A DNA stretch of 64,000 nucleotides from Actinomycetota bacterium. Lineage in GTDB: Bacteria > Actinomycetota > CADDZG01 > WHSQ01. The notes under the pieces were generated by a model. It was not told where the DNA came from. It searched no databases and was given only the letters and a program-made list of their open reading frames with translations. Shown here in pieces: positions 19,035 through 29,682 of this stretch. How positions within the stretch are numbered: the stretch's first letter is position 1; every line of letters starts with the position of its first letter. The position numbers and the translations under genes are program-made. The DNA lies in NCBI GenBank assembly GCA_034667525.1, contig JAXDJO010000015.1, positions 52,940-116,939 of the forward strand, given 5' to 3'.

Positions 19035-19244
19035 GTGACCAGAGCCAACAGCGAAGGGGATCGCCGCAAGGGGGACCGCCGAGAAGGTAAAGCGCGGGCC
19101 AACCCACGCTTCGATGTGGAACGGCGGGCTGTGGATCGTCGTCACGCTCACCATCTCAGGGATGAACCCTTCCCGGAAGAAGCTGTCCCGCTGGCGGCGT
19201 GGCTCGAGGCCATGCTCGAGCACGAGATCGCAGCAGCTCGCTGA
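19035..19244 (+). CDS. Possible small Arg-rich protein (69 aa)
   Basis: GTG start 7 nt after GAGGAAG (19021..19027). Contains DRRKGDRRE and ERRAVDRRH repeats and an acidic/hydrophobic C-terminus. No family recognised. Confidence 0.3.
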   Translation: MTRANSEGDRRKGDRREGKARANPRFDVERRAVDRRHAHHLRDEPFPEEAVPLAAWLEAMLEHEIAAAR

Positions 19245-19269
19245 GGGATCACCACCACTCCGCGAACCA

Positions 19270-19653
19270 TTAATGCCCGACGCGTTCCACGATCCGTACG
19301 TCGCGCATCAGCAATTGTTGGTGACTCTCCATCCATACGCTGCGCAGCAGGACTTCCTCCCTCATCCCCCATAGGCGAGTGAGTGAGGAGAAATCCAACC
19401 CGTTGGAGTCCGAGGGAAATTCTGCGGAATCCAGCGGATTGACTGTGAGGACTTCCGCCTTCTCGATCGGCCCCCACAGAGCATCAAGCAGTGCTGCGAC
19501 CTCCGGTTCCAGGTCCTCGCAGAGATAGCTTGCTATCAGATCACTATCGCCCGTCACGACTGCTGAAGCGAACCCATCGGCGTATGCATAGACCGCCCCC
19601 ACATCCAACTGAGAAATCCCTTCTTGCACCGGGACGGTTCTTCTGGATGCCAT
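19270..19653 (-). CDS. Hypothetical protein, paralog B (127 aa, possibly NTF2/SnoaL-like)
   Basis: The start was placed at ATG 19653. It is a paralog of 17385..17723 (see that entry). The upstream 68 codons of the track ORF are low-complexity and A/T-rich. Confidence 0.55.
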   Translation of the reverse strand: MASRRTVPVQEGISQLDVGAVYAYADGFASAVVTGDSDLIASYLCEDLEPEVAALLDALWGPIEKAEVLTVNPLDSAEFPSDSNGLDFSSLTRLWGMREEVLLRSVWMESHQQLLMRDVRIVERVGH

Positions 19654-20110
19654 TGGACCCACAGATCGGCTCGGATCACAAGCAAGGCAAGTAGGTGGAA
19701 GGGGGACAGCTCCAAGGGGTCGGCGGATATCACTACGTACAGGTGCCGATACAGAACCCTTCTTTGTCAGTCGATAGGTCCCCATGGAACTCGAAGAGTT
19801 TGAGAAGATGCTGCGGCGATACGTGGTCGCGACGATGTTGCTCCTGATCGTCCTCATCGTGTTTGCCGCTAATACATAGGATCCGCAGGCAGATACCCTT
19901 TGCTGGTTACGGGCAAGCCTCCACCTTATTGGGCTGCCTATCGGCCACCTGTCCCATCGGGGCTGTCTCCTAGGTTGTCTGCGGATTCGTTAATGTGAGA
20001 GTGCTTCACCTTGTCGCGGGAACTATCTTTTGCGTTGGTGGTCTCACTCTCTTGGACCGAAGGATGGCCGAAATCCACTATCCACTGTGGCGCGCCGGGA
20101 CTTCTGGGTG

Positions 20111-20182
20111 TGGGCGGTACTGGGATCGAACCAGTGACCTCTCCGGTGTGAACGGAGCGCTCTCCCGCTGAGCTAACCGCCC
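20111..20182 (-). tRNA. tRNA-Val (anticodon CAC)
   Basis: Hand-folded cloverleaf: GGGCGGT acceptor, GCTC/GAGC D-stem, CTCCG-TTCACAC-CGGAG anticodon arm, ACTGG-TTCGATC-CCAGT T-arm, discriminator A. No CCA is encoded. Confidence 0.93.
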
Positions 20183-20328
20183 GGGTCGATGGCTTGAATA
20201 CCACAACGTTCACGCTCGGTTGGCTTTCATTTCCACGACGCTCCCAGCATCGACCAGGATCTTCGGACGCGGACGAGCCCCTTAGCAAAGTGCCGTGCGA
20301 GGAACGCCGCCTAAGGGGTGTGGTCAGG

Positions 20329-23253
20329 TCAGCTGGCGGCGCGTCGCGCGGAGGTGACTTCCCGCCGACCGATGGCTGCGGCCACCTCTCGCGCCCGGGG
20401 TTTGGCCACCTTCAACATGCCGGCCAGGAACTCTCCGGTGTAGGAACCTGGAGTCGCAGCGACCTGCTCGGGGGTTCCGGCTGCGACTACGCTGCCGCCA
20501 CCCGCGCCCCCTTCGGGACCCAGGTCGATGATGTGATCTGCAGTCTTGATCACGTCGAGATTGTGCTCGATCACCACCACAGTGTTGCCGGCATCCACCA
20601 AGCGGTGCAGAACGCCGAGTAGCTTCGCCACGTCGTCGAAATGCAGACCGGTGGTTGGCTCATCGAGGATGTAGAGAGTCTTGCCGGTCGACCTCTTAGA
20701 CAGCTCGGTCGAAAGCTTGACCCGTTGGGCTTCTCCGCCAGACAGCGTGGGCGCGGACTGACCCAGCTTGATATAGCCGAGCCCCACGTCTCGCAGCGTC
20801 TCCATGTGACGAGCGATCGGGGGGATGGCGGTGAAGAATTCGCAGGCTTCGGTCACGCTCATGCTCAATACCTCATAGATGTTCTTGCCCTTATAGCGAA
20901 CCTCCAGCGTCTCCCGGTTGTAGCGGCGTCCCTTACAAACCTCGCAGGGGACGTACACGTCGGGAAGGAAGTGCATCTCGATCTTGATGGTGCCGTCGCC
21001 GGAGCAAGCTTCGCAGCGGCCGCCCCGAACATTGAATGAGAACCTCCCCGGCTGATAACCGCGGCGTCGCGCATCAGGCGTCTTCGCGAACAGCTTGCGG
21101 ATGTGATCGAACACCCCAGTGTAGGTGGCCGGATTCGAACGCGGGGTTCGTCCGATGGGCGACTGATCGATGTCGATCACCTTGTCGACCTGGTCCAAGC
21201 CTTCTATCGTCCGATGCTTTCCCGCGACCAGCCGCGCGTTGCGGTTGAGGCGCTGATGAACGGAGCGGTACAGAACCTCGTTGACCAAGGTCGACTTCCC
21301 AGAGCCTGAAACACCCGTCACCGTCACGAAGCAGCCGAGGGGTATCTCCACATCGATGTCCCGGAGGTTGTGCTGGCGAGCTCCGCGCACCACCAGGTGG
21401 CCCCGTTTCGGTGAACGCCGTTTCTTTGGCACCTCGATCCCCCGCCGTCCGGACAGGTAGTCCGCGGTCAGCGAGCCTGGTTGTTGGAGAAGGCGTTGGA
21501 GGGCCCCCGCGAAAACGACCTCACCGCCCCGTTCGCCCGCCCCGGGACCGATGTCCACGACGTAATCGGCGGACCGGATCGTGTCTTCGTCGTGCTCCAC
21601 GACGATCAGTGTGTTACCGAGATCGCGCAGCCGCACCAGGGTGTCGATCAGCCGGCGGTTGTCACGCTGGTGAAGCCCGATGGAAGGCTCGTCCAGCACG
21701 TACAACACGCCCACCAAACCGGATCCGATCTGCGTCGCAAGCCTGATCCGCTGGGCTTCGCCTCCGGCAAGCGTTGCCGAGCCACGGCCCAACGTCAGGT
21801 AGTCCAGCCCGACGTCGAGCAAGAAACCCAGGCGGGCGTGGATCTCTTTGAGGACGCGCTCGGCGATCGTCGTCTCTCGGTCGTTCAGTTCCAGTGTGCG
21901 TAGAAACTTGTCGGCATCTCCTATGCAGAGGTCGGTGACCTCGTGGATGTTCTTGTCTCCCAGCCGGACCCCCAGCGACTCTGGGCGCAGCCGGGCTCCC
22001 TTACAGGCCGGACAAGGAACCTCGCGGAAATATTGCTCGTAACGCTCACGGGCGTATTCCGAATCCGTCTCCGAGCGCCGCCGTTCGAGCCACGGAACCA
22101 CACCCTCGAAAGGGGTCCAGTACGAACGGATCCGGTTGAAGCGGTTCTTGTACCGTACATGGATTTCGGATCCTTCCGATCCATACAGGATGATGTCCTG
22201 AGCTTTGCGCGACAACTTTTTGAATGGAACATTGGTCTTGAACTTGAAGGTCTGGGCGGCGGATTCGAGCAACCGATCGAAATACTCGAGCGTCCGACCC
22301 GACCACGGCGCGATGGCTCCCTCTGCCAATGTCAGACTCGGATTAGGGATCACGAGGTCGATATCGACCTCGAGGTGGGTGCCCAAGCCGTCGCACCGCT
22401 CGCAGGCGCCGTAAGGCGAGTTGAAAGAGAAGTTCCGGGGAGCCAGCTCGTCAAAGGAGATCCCGCAGAACGTGCACGCGAACTTCTCCGAGAACATGAT
22501 GTCCTCCGCGTCGTCGTCAACGACATCTATCGCCGCAACCCCATCCGCGAGCTTCAAGGCAGTCTCCACCGAGTCGGTAAGCCGGCTCTCGATCCCCTCT
22601 CTGATCACCAGGCGATCGACCACGACATCGATGTCGTGCTGGAAATAACGATCCAGTCGCAGCTTCTCGCTCAGGTCCTTGACCTCGCCATCGACACGGG
22701 CCCGCGCATAGCCGCGTCGAGCGAGATCTTCGAACAACGAGGTGAACTCGCCCTTCCGCCCCCGGATCATGGGGGCCAGCACCTGGAACTTCGTCCCGGC
22801 CGGCATCGTGAGCACCTGATCCACGATCTGCTCTGGAGTCTGCCTCGCGATCGGCCGGCCACAGTTATGGCAATGCGGACGCCCGATGCGCGCGAACAGG
22901 AGCCGGAGGTAGTCGTAAACCTCGGTGATCGTCCCGACGGTCGACCGTGGGTTCTTGGGGGCCGACTTCTGATCGATGGAGATCGCCGGTGACAGGCCCT
23001 CGATGAAATCGACATCCGGCTTGTCCATCTGACCCAGGAACTGGCGGGCATAGCTCGAGAGGGATTCGACATAGCGACGTTGGCCCTCGGCGTAGATCGT
23101 GTCGAAAGCCAAGGACGACTTTCCCGAGCCGGATATACCCGTGAACACGATCAGCGAGTCGCGCGGCAGCTCGAGATTGACGTCTTTGAGGTTGTGCTCT
23201 CGGGCGCCCCGGATCACCAGCGTCCCCGACGCCCCTCGAAGTGGAGACACCAT
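20329..23253 (-). CDS. uvrA: Excinuclease ABC subunit A
   Basis: 974 aa with two ABC modules (GISGSGKSS and GVSGSGKST Walker A), Zn-finger cysteines and the N-terminal [12 protein letters not shown] block. Confidence 0.98.
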   Translation of the reverse strand: MVSPLRGASGTLVIRGAREHNLKDVNLELPRDSLIVFTGISGSGKSSLAFDTIYAEGQRRYVESLSSYARQFLGQMDKPDVDFIEGLSPAISIDQKSAPKNPRSTVGTITEVYDYLRLLFARIGRPHCHNCGRPIARQTPEQIVDQVLTMPAGTKFQVLAPMIRGRKGEFTSLFEDLARRGYARARVDGEVKDLSEKLRLDRYFQHDIDVVVDRLVIREGIESRLTDSVETALKLADGVAAIDVVDDDAEDIMFSEKFACTFCGISFDELAPRNFSFNSPYGACERCDGLGTHLEVDIDLVIPNPSLTLAEGAIAPWSGRTLEYFDRLLESAAQTFKFKTNVPFKKLSRKAQDIILYGSEGSEIHVRYKNRFNRIRSYWTPFEGVVPWLERRRSETDSEYARERYEQYFREVPCPACKGARLRPESLGVRLGDKNIHEVTDLCIGDADKFLRTLELNDRETTIAERVLKEIHARLGFLLDVGLDYLTLGRGSATLAGGEAQRIRLATQIGSGLVGVLYVLDEPSIGLHQRDNRRLIDTLVRLRDLGNTLIVVEHDEDTIRSADYVVDIGPGAGERGGEVVFAGALQRLLQQPGSLTADYLSGRRGIEVPKKRRSPKRGHLVVRGARQHNLRDIDVEIPLGCFVTVTGVSGSGKSTLVNEVLYRSVHQRLNRNARLVAGKHRTIEGLDQVDKVIDIDQSPIGRTPRSNPATYTGVFDHIRKLFAKTPDARRRGYQPGRFSFNVRGGRCEACSGDGTIKIEMHFLPDVYVPCEVCKGRRYNRETLEVRYKGKNIYEVLSMSVTEACEFFTAIPPIARHMETLRDVGLGYIKLGQSAPTLSGGEAQRVKLSTELSKRSTGKTLYILDEPTTGLHFDDVAKLLGVLHRLVDAGNTVVVIEHNLDVIKTADHIIDLGPEGGAGGGSVVAAGTPEQVAATPGSYTGEFLAGMLKVAKPRAREVAAAIGRREVTSARRAAS

Positions 23254-23360
23254 CTGAGGGATGGTAAACGACGTTCGTGTAACTACCCTCTGACCTGGGG
23301 CTCTTCGCGCTCCTCGGGCCGATCCGACCGCCGGACAACGGCGAGGGTACGCTCGGGGAG

Positions 23361-24509
23361 ATGAAGGATCTCGCCAGCTACAGGGCTCAGTTCCCGGTCG
23401 TGAACCAGCGCACCTACCTCATCTCGGCCTCGCTGGGGCCCCTTTCGAGCCGCAGCCGGACCCTGGCGATGGAGCACCTGGACCTGTGGGAGCGCTTGGG
23501 CCCGGAGGAGCTGTGGGGGGACCATGGCCTTCCCCGCCTGCAGCAATGCCGGGAGCAGTTCGCGATGCTCATCGGCGCAGACGTCGACGAGGTGGCCATC
23601 ATCCCGTCGGTTTCTTCCGGCCTTTCCTCCATCGCCACCTGCCTGGACTTCCAGCGGCGCCCTAAGATCGTGCTGTCGGAGATGGATTTCCCCACCGACC
23701 ATTACGTGTGGCGGGCGCAGGAGCGCATGGGGGCCAAACTCGACGTCGTCGCCTCGCCGGACGGGATCCGGATCGAGGAAGACGATCTGATCGCCCGGAT
23801 CGATGATCAGACCGCGGTCGTCAACACCAACCGCGTCCTGTTCGAGTCTTCGTGGCTCATGGATCTGCCGCCAATCGTTGAGGCTGCCCACGGGCATGGC
23901 GCTCACCTCCTCGTAGACGATTTCCACGGCACGGGGATCGTTCCCATAGACGTCCACGGACTGGGCATCGACTTCTTGCTCACGGGCGCGCTGAAGTGGC
24001 TATGCGGGGGCCAAGGCATCGCGTTCCTCTATTGCCGCCGCGACCTCATCGAGCAGCTCGAACCTCGGGTGGTGGGGTGGTTTGGCACCGAAGAGCCATT
24101 CCGGTTCGACCGCAGCGGCCTCGTCCTGCGGAAGGACGCCCGCCGCTTCGAGACGGGCACCTATGCCCTGCCCCAGGCCTGGACTGCAAGCGGCGGGATG
24201 GAGATCATCCTGGAGGTCGGTGTCGACGCGATCCGCCGGCGCAACCAAGGGTTGACCGAGCGCGTGATCCGGGCGGCGGACGACGCCGGCTTGGACGTGC
24301 GTTCCCCTCGAGACAAGAGTCGGCGCGGGGGCCTCGTGCGCGTGCATATCCCGGGTGGAGACGAGCGTGTGGCTGCAGTGCTGCAAGCATTGTTCGAGCG
24401 CGACGTCGTTCTAGACAAACGCGGCGAAGCACTTCGGATCTCGCCGCACTTCTTCAACAACGACGACGATGTCGATCGCTGCTTCGAGGAACTGCGCCAA
24501 CTGATCTAG
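23361..24509 (+). CDS. Aminotransferase class V-fold PLP-dependent enzyme
   Basis: 382 aa with a cysteine-desulfurase/kynureninase-like fold and a likely PLP lysine in [12 protein letters not shown]. Confidence 0.8.
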   Translation: MKDLASYRAQFPVVNQRTYLISASLGPLSSRSRTLAMEHLDLWERLGPEELWGDHGLPRLQQCREQFAMLIGADVDEVAIIPSVSSGLSSIATCLDFQRRPKIVLSEMDFPTDHYVWRAQERMGAKLDVVASPDGIRIEEDDLIARIDDQTAVVNTNRVLFESSWLMDLPPIVEAAHGHGAHLLVDDFHGTGIVPIDVHGLGIDFLLTGALKWLCGGQGIAFLYCRRDLIEQLEPRVVGWFGTEEPFRFDRSGLVLRKDARRFETGTYALPQAWTASGGMEIILEVGVDAIRRRNQGLTERVIRAADDAGLDVRSPRDKSRRGGLVRVHIPGGDERVAAVLQALFERDVVLDKRGEALRISPHFFNNDDDVDRCFEELRQLI

Positions 24510-24690
24510 ATGCGCTCGTCTGAATCCCGGCGATAAGCGCGATATGTGAGCGAAGGCATTAAACGGTTGGACAATTGCGGCCAAGTCATGTCTTAACGTT
24601 CACAAAAGTGTGACAGGTGGTTGCAGAAGCCGTCTAGGCTGATGTCGGTGCTGCCTCCTACGGGGAGGCATCTTTCGAGGGGAGAATCGC

Positions 24691-26784
24691 ATGTCCCATA
24701 GATCCTTGCGATCTATTGCTTGTGTCGCGGCTTTGGCCATCGTCGCCGCTATGACTCTGACGGTGGGGGCGTCTGCTTCAACTAGATCAGTGCGCGTGCA
24801 TGGCAACGTTGCTCACTGGTTGAAAGACGCGAGACTTGTGGGGCCCGCAAAGGGATCTGGAAAGATGTACATCAGCATCTACCTCGCCCCCCGCCATCAA
24901 CGGGCGCTCGGCACGCTCCTACACGCGCTATATACAAAGGGGTCAGCCCAATACCACCAGTTCTTAACTCCTGCACAGTACGGAACCCAGTTCGCCGCAT
25001 CTCAGAGCTCAGTTGACGCCACGTCACGCTGGCTCGCATCGCACCGGCTGAAAGTGACAAGCCCAGCGTCCGAGCACCATTTCGTCGACGCCGTAGGCAC
25101 GGTTGCGACCGTTCAGAAGACTTTCGGCGTGACCGAGAACGTGTACCGCTACAAGCACATGAACCTTCGCGCGAACGCACATGCGCCTCGGGTCCCCAGT
25201 TCGCTTGCCCCTTCTGTCGCGTTCATCGGCGGCCTTGACGATTCCGCCGCCTTGATCAAGCCGATGTCGAAGGTTCCGTCGGCAAGCCCCGGGCCGGGCT
25301 ATTCGACGCCCGGGCCCTGCTCGCAATTCTGGGCCGACAAGACCGCGACGGTGACTCCGGCGCACCAGTACGGCTCGACACTGCCGTGGGTGCCGTGCGG
25401 GTACACGCCGCCACAGATCCGGGCGGCATACGGAGTGGACAAGACCGGCCTGAGCGGCGCAGGGGTCACGGTGGGCATCACCGACGCGTTCGCATCACCC
25501 ACGATTGTTCAAGACGTCAATCGCTTCTCGGCCAACTACGGGCTTCCGCCTTTGACCACAGATAACTTTCAGCAGATAGCCCATCCCGGCACCTTCAACA
25601 TAGGTGAGAGCGTCCTCGACCCGCAAGGCTGGTACGGGGAAGAGTCGCTCGACGTGGAATGGGTCCACGCTATGGCGCCGCAGGCGAACATCGTCTATGC
25701 CGGGGCCAACAACAGCGAGGTTCCGTTAGATCACGCTCTCGAGCAGCTGATCCAGCAGAACAAAGTCGACATCATCACGAATAGCTGGGGCATCTACGGT
25801 GAATACCAGGCTCCTGGTCATTTCATGGTCGACGAGGCTTATTTCCAGCAAGCGGCCGCGCAGGGAATCTCGGTTCTGTTCTCCTCCGGTGACAACGGTG
25901 ATGTTTCTGCCGAGACCGGCCTGGCCCAGGCCAGCTACCCCGCAAGCAGCCCCTGGGTAACTGCCGTCGGCGGCACCAGCCTGGCGGTCAACGACTCCGC
26001 CGGAAACAAGAACGAATGGGGTTGGGGCACTTATCGCAGCTTCCTTTGCGAAGGCACCACTCCTGTGGCGATGGTCCCGGACTGCTCCGGGGTGACTCCG
26101 CCGAACTGGTCGCCGTGGCCCCCCACGTACCTCTATGGCTCGGGCGGCGGCGTCAGCCTCCACTTCTTGCAACCCGATTACCAGAAGGGTGTCGTTCCTG
26201 ACGCACTGGCCTCGGGCACTACCACTGCCAGTGGTAGCCCGATTACGTTCTCTTCTCCGCATCGCGTCGTGCCGGATGTCTCGATGGTGGGTGACCCCAA
26301 CACCGGCGCTCTGTACGGCCAGACCTACGACAAAAGCGGCGATCCGTTGATCGACGTCAACTGCGTGTCATTGAGTGCGACGCAGGAGTACTGCGAGCGT
26401 CGCATCGGCGGAACCAGCTTGTCGTCGCCACTGTTCGCAGGAGTTCTGGCTCTCGCCGACCAGGCGAACGGCGGGCGGGTTGGGTTCGTCAATCCTGCGA
26501 TCTACGACGTCAGCGCGACCGGGAGTGGAGCGATCCAGGACGTGCTCCCGCCGGTAACGCCAACGGCGGTGTTGCGAAACGTTGAGTACTACGACGCCGC
26601 AGGCAACCCGCTTCTCGTGACGACTCTGCGCACCATCAACTCGGTTCCTGCGACTGCGGATGGTCCAGTCATCGAGGGTGCGGATAGTTCGCTGCGCACG
26701 ACGCCGGGCTACGACAACGTGACAGGAGTGGGAACTCCTTACGCGCCGAACCTGGTGAACTTCCTCTCTTCGTGGGGTGGCTGA
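24691..26784 (+). CDS. S53 family peptidase (sedolisin / pro-kumamolisin-like), secreted
   Basis: 697 aa with a signal peptide, an N-terminal pro-kumamolisin-type activation domain, the SGDNGD block and the catalytic Ser motif GGTSLSSPLFAG. Confidence 0.88.
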   Translation: MSHRSLRSIACVAALAIVAAMTLTVGASASTRSVRVHGNVAHWLKDARLVGPAKGSGKMYISIYLAPRHQRALGTLLHALYTKGSAQYHQFLTPAQYGTQFAASQSSVDATSRWLASHRLKVTSPASEHHFVDAVGTVATVQKTFGVTENVYRYKHMNLRANAHAPRVPSSLAPSVAFIGGLDDSAALIKPMSKVPSASPGPGYSTPGPCSQFWADKTATVTPAHQYGSTLPWVPCGYTPPQIRAAYGVDKTGLSGAGVTVGITDAFASPTIVQDVNRFSANYGLPPLTTDNFQQIAHPGTFNIGESVLDPQGWYGEESLDVEWVHAMAPQANIVYAGANNSEVPLDHALEQLIQQNKVDIITNSWGIYGEYQAPGHFMVDEAYFQQAAAQGISVLFSSGDNGDVSAETGLAQASYPASSPWVTAVGGTSLAVNDSAGNKNEWGWGTYRSFLCEGTTPVAMVPDCSGVTPPNWSPWPPTYLYGSGGGVSLHFLQPDYQKGVVPDALASGTTTASGSPITFSSPHRVVPDVSMVGDPNTGALYGQTYDKSGDPLIDVNCVSLSATQEYCERRIGGTSLSSPLFAGVLALADQANGGRVGFVNPAIYDVSATGSGAIQDVLPPVTPTAVLRNVEYYDAAGNPLLVTTLRTINSVPATADGPVIEGADSSLRTTPGYDNVTGVGTPYAPNLVNFLSSWGG

Positions 26785-26809
26785 AGGCTGCGATCATGAA
26801 TGGATGCAC

Positions 26810-26837
26810 AAAAGGGGGCGGCCTTCGGGCCGCTCCC
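26810..26837 (-). terminator. Intrinsic terminator downstream of uvrB (also faces the sedolisin gene)
   Basis: 10-bp stem GGGGGCGGCC / GGCCGCTCCC (one G-U pair) with a TTCG loop at 26814..26837. On the minus strand it is followed by TTTT (26813..26810). Confidence 0.65.
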
Positions 26838-26875
26838 TCACTATTCCGGGTGATCACGGACCGCTTGTCTGTGGA

Positions 26876-26928
26876 GTTTTGGGGTCGAGGAGCCATGCTA
26901 TGCGTGGGCGGAGCTCGCAAAGAATCAG
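26876..26928 (-). repeat. Copy A of a stop-codon-abutting intergenic repeat
   Basis: 46 of 52 hand-aligned positions match 32045..32096. A 22-nt run is identical (GGCGGAGCTCGCAAAGAATCAG, 26907..26928 = 32075..32096). The TCA at 26925..26927 is the uvrB stop codon. Confidence 0.75.
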
Positions 26929-28931
26929 CCGACCTCTCGGAGCTCCCGGCGCAGATCGGCTATCTCGTCTCGGATGCGGGCCGCATACTCGAAGCGGAGG
27001 TCTTCTGCGGCCTGGTGCATCTCCTCTTCTAACTGAAGCAGCAAACGGCGCAGCTCGTCGGGGGTGCCACCGACCGGCTCCCGCCGGCGGCTCTTGGATC
27101 TGTTGGGCACGACCGAGCCCTCCCGCTTGCGTCCAAAGCCCTCGATCAGGATGTCGTTGACGGCCTTACGGATGGACTGGGGGTCGATCCCATGCGTCTC
27201 GTTGTATTCCAGCTGGATCTTGCGGCGCCGCTGAGTTTCGTCGATAGCGCGACGCATGGAGTCCGTGACCTCGTCCGCGTACATGATCACCTGGCCCTCG
27301 ACATGACGCGCGGCTCGGCCGATCGTTTGGATCAGTGAGGTTTGCGAGCGTAGGTATCCCTCTTTATCGGCATCCAGGATGGCCACCAGGGAGACCTCGG
27401 GCAGGTCGAGACCTTCCCGCAAGAGGTTGATGCCCACCAGGACGTCGAACTCCCCCAGGCGAAGGTCGCGCAGGATCTCGATCCTCTGGACGGTGTCGAT
27501 GTCTGCGTGCAGATAGCGAACCCGGATGCCGGACTCCAGCAGATAATCGGTGAGGTCCTCCGCCATCTTCTTGGTGAGCGTCGTGACCAGGACGCGCTGA
27601 TCATTGTCGGTTCGGTTACGGATCTCCGCGATCAGATCGTCGATCTGCCCTTTCGTGGGCCGGATGATGACCTCCGGGTCTATCAATCCCGTAGGCCGTA
27701 CCAGTTGTTCGACGAGAGGAGGCTTGGTAACCCGGAGCTCGAAGGGGCCCGGGGTGGCGCTCATGAACACCAGCTGCTTTACGGAAGCCATGAACTCATC
27801 GAATTTGAACGGACGATTGTCCATCGCGCTTGGAAGCCGGAAGCCATGCTCGACCAGCACGCGCTTTCGGCTCATGTCACCCTCGTACATCGCGTGCAGT
27901 TGCGGAACGGCGACGTGAGACTCGTCAATCACAACCAAGAAGTCATCAGGGAAATAGTCGATCAGCGTGTTCGGTTTGGATCCCGGCTCCCGGCCCTCGA
28001 TGTGGCGAGCGTAATTCTCGATACCCGAGCAGAATCCGACCTCTCGCATCATCTCGAGGTCGTACTGCGTTCGCATCCGAAGCCGTTGGGCTTCCAGAAG
28101 CTTTCGCTCACCTTCCAATACCTTTAGCCGATCCGCCAATTCGAGCTCTATCTGACGGATAGCGCGTTGCATGCGCTCGCGCGAGGCGACGTAATGAGAG
28201 GCGGGATAGATCTCGACGTGCCCGAGATCGCGCGTGATCTCCCCGGTCAATGGATCGAGCTCGATAATGCGGTCCACCTCGTCCCCAAACAGCTCGATAC
28301 GTATCGCCAGCTCTTCGTAGGCCGGAAAGACTTCGATCGTGTCCCCGCGAACCCTGAACTTTCCCCGGATGAAGTTGACGTCGTTGCGTTCGTACTGGAT
28401 GTCGACGAGCTTCTGCAGGATGAAGTCACGGTCGGCCGCTCCACCTCGCGCCAGACTCACGGTCTGGTTGAGGTATTCCTCCGGCGAGCCCAGGCCGAAG
28501 ATGCAAGACACGCTCGCTACGATCAAGACGTCCTCTCGCTGCAGCAGCGCGCTGGTCGCCGAGTGGCGGAGCCGCTCGATCTCGTCGTTGATCGAAGAGT
28601 CCTTCTCGATGTACGTGTCGGTGGAAGGGACGTACGCCTCAGGCTGGTAGTAGTCGTAATAGGAGACGAAGTACTCCACCGCGTTGTTGGGGAAGAACTG
28701 CTTGAATTCATTACACAGCTGCGCCCCCAGGGACTTGTTCGGCGCAATGACGAGAGTCGGCTTCTGTATCTGTTCTAGCGCCCACGCGATCGTGGCGGTC
28801 TTCCCGGTACCGGTGGCGCCCAGCAGCGTTGTGTAGCGATCACCCCTCAGCACGCGCTCCGCGAGGCCCTGGATCGCCAGGGGCTGGTCTCCGGCCGGAG
28901 CGAAATCGGCTTCCACTTTGAAGGGGGGCAT
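26925..28931 (-). CDS. uvrB: Excinuclease ABC subunit B
   Basis: 668 aa with helicase motifs ([12 protein letters not shown]), the beta-hairpin region and a C-terminal UVR domain ([11 protein letters not shown]). Confidence 0.98.
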   Translation of the reverse strand: MPPFKVEADFAPAGDQPLAIQGLAERVLRGDRYTTLLGATGTGKTATIAWALEQIQKPTLVIAPNKSLGAQLCNEFKQFFPNNAVEYFVSYYDYYQPEAYVPSTDTYIEKDSSINDEIERLRHSATSALLQREDVLIVASVSCIFGLGSPEEYLNQTVSLARGGAADRDFILQKLVDIQYERNDVNFIRGKFRVRGDTIEVFPAYEELAIRIELFGDEVDRIIELDPLTGEITRDLGHVEIYPASHYVASRERMQRAIRQIELELADRLKVLEGERKLLEAQRLRMRTQYDLEMMREVGFCSGIENYARHIEGREPGSKPNTLIDYFPDDFLVVIDESHVAVPQLHAMYEGDMSRKRVLVEHGFRLPSAMDNRPFKFDEFMASVKQLVFMSATPGPFELRVTKPPLVEQLVRPTGLIDPEVIIRPTKGQIDDLIAEIRNRTDNDQRVLVTTLTKKMAEDLTDYLLESGIRVRYLHADIDTVQRIEILRDLRLGEFDVLVGINLLREGLDLPEVSLVAILDADKEGYLRSQTSLIQTIGRAARHVEGQVIMYADEVTDSMRRAIDETQRRRKIQLEYNETHGIDPQSIRKAVNDILIEGFGRKREGSVVPNRSKSRRREPVGGTPDELRRLLLQLEEEMHQAAEDLRFEYAARIRDEIADLRRELREVG

Positions 28932-28980
28932 GGTTACGCGATTGTAATTACGAAGAGCGGGGCCGGGCTCCCGGGGAGCT

Positions 28981-29682
28981 TCACAGGGTCCGGAGGAGGG
29001 CCGGCAGCTCCCGCAGGGTCGAGATCCGTGGGAAGGAAGAGTCAGGAAAGCTCTCCGAACGGTCGATCATCACGGGCTTCATCCCCACCGCCGCGGCAGG
29101 CTCCAGATCGTTGGCGATGGAGTCTCCGACGTGGACGCACTCCTGAGAATCGACCCCCGCCCGGGCGATGGCGATCTCGTAGATAGCCGGATCCGGCTTC
29201 TCGATCCCCTCGATCCCCGAGATGACCGTGACATCGAAGATCTCTCCCGCCTTCTCCTCGATCAGCACTTCTTCCAGCCAGCGTTCGAAATTCGAGATGA
29301 GCCCCAGCCGGTAACCAGCCTGCCGGAGCTCTTCGAACGAACCCAACACATCGGGGAACAGCTTGTAAGAGGCTTTATCGGAGAACGTGACGAGCAGATC
29401 CTCTCGCAGATCATCGTCGGAGATCCCCAGCGCTCTTAGGAAGCGGCCGTATAGGTGTCGCCAGAAGATCTGAGAAGCCTCTGGGGAAGTGGTGGGATTC
29501 GTCACACCGCTTTCCCGCGCCATCTCGGCGACGTTCGGCCCGAACCGTTGGAACAACGGTTGCACGTCGGCGGGATCCACCTCGTGGCCATGGGCGCGGC
29601 AGATGCGTGCGAATGCTTCCGCGAAGGTCGGATACGGCTCGAGGATCGTCCCTCCCGCATCGAAGAAGATCATCTTGATCAT
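28981..29682 (-). CDS. HAD-IA family hydrolase
   Basis: 233 aa with the FFDAGGT (DxxGT-type motif I) and GDS..ND motif IV. Confidence 0.8.
   Translation of the reverse strand: MIKMIFFDAGGTILEPYPTFAEAFARICRAHGHEVDPADVQPLFQRFGPNVAEMARESGVTNPTTSPEASQIFWRHLYGRFLRALGISDDDLREDLLVTFSDKASYKLFPDVLGSFEELRQAGYRLGLISNFERWLEEVLIEEKAGEIFDVTVISGIEGIEKPDPAIYEIAIARAGVDSQECVHVGDSIANDLEPAAAVGMKPVMIDRSESFPDSSFPRISTLRELPALLRTL

Noticed and set aside
19654-20110. A genomic island integrated at the 3' end of tRNA-Val.
   Set aside because: The region is A/T-richer and gene-poor, but I found no direct repeat of the tRNA 3' end and no integrase in the adjacent 3 kb. The idea is kept only as context for the flp islet finding.
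23254-23360. A possible LexA/SOS (Cheo-type) box upstream of uvrA: CGAACGTCGTTTAC on the minus strand.
   Set aside because: Only the GAAC half matches. The second half (TTTA/GTTT) does not fit GAAC-N4-GTTC or TCGAAC-N4-GTTCGA. I also found no RecA-independent-promoter-like TTGTCAGTG motif.
26876-26928. Interpreting the stop-codon repeat as a SECIS/readthrough signal, a small conserved ORF or an integron attC site.
   Set aside because: Readthrough frames differ between the copies: copy A hits TAG after 8 codons, and an indel shifts the frame. The ATG/GTG-initiated peptides (MAPRPQN / VAAQPQN) diverge immediately and lack an RBS. The attC core (GTTRRRY) fits only copy B, and no inverse core is present.
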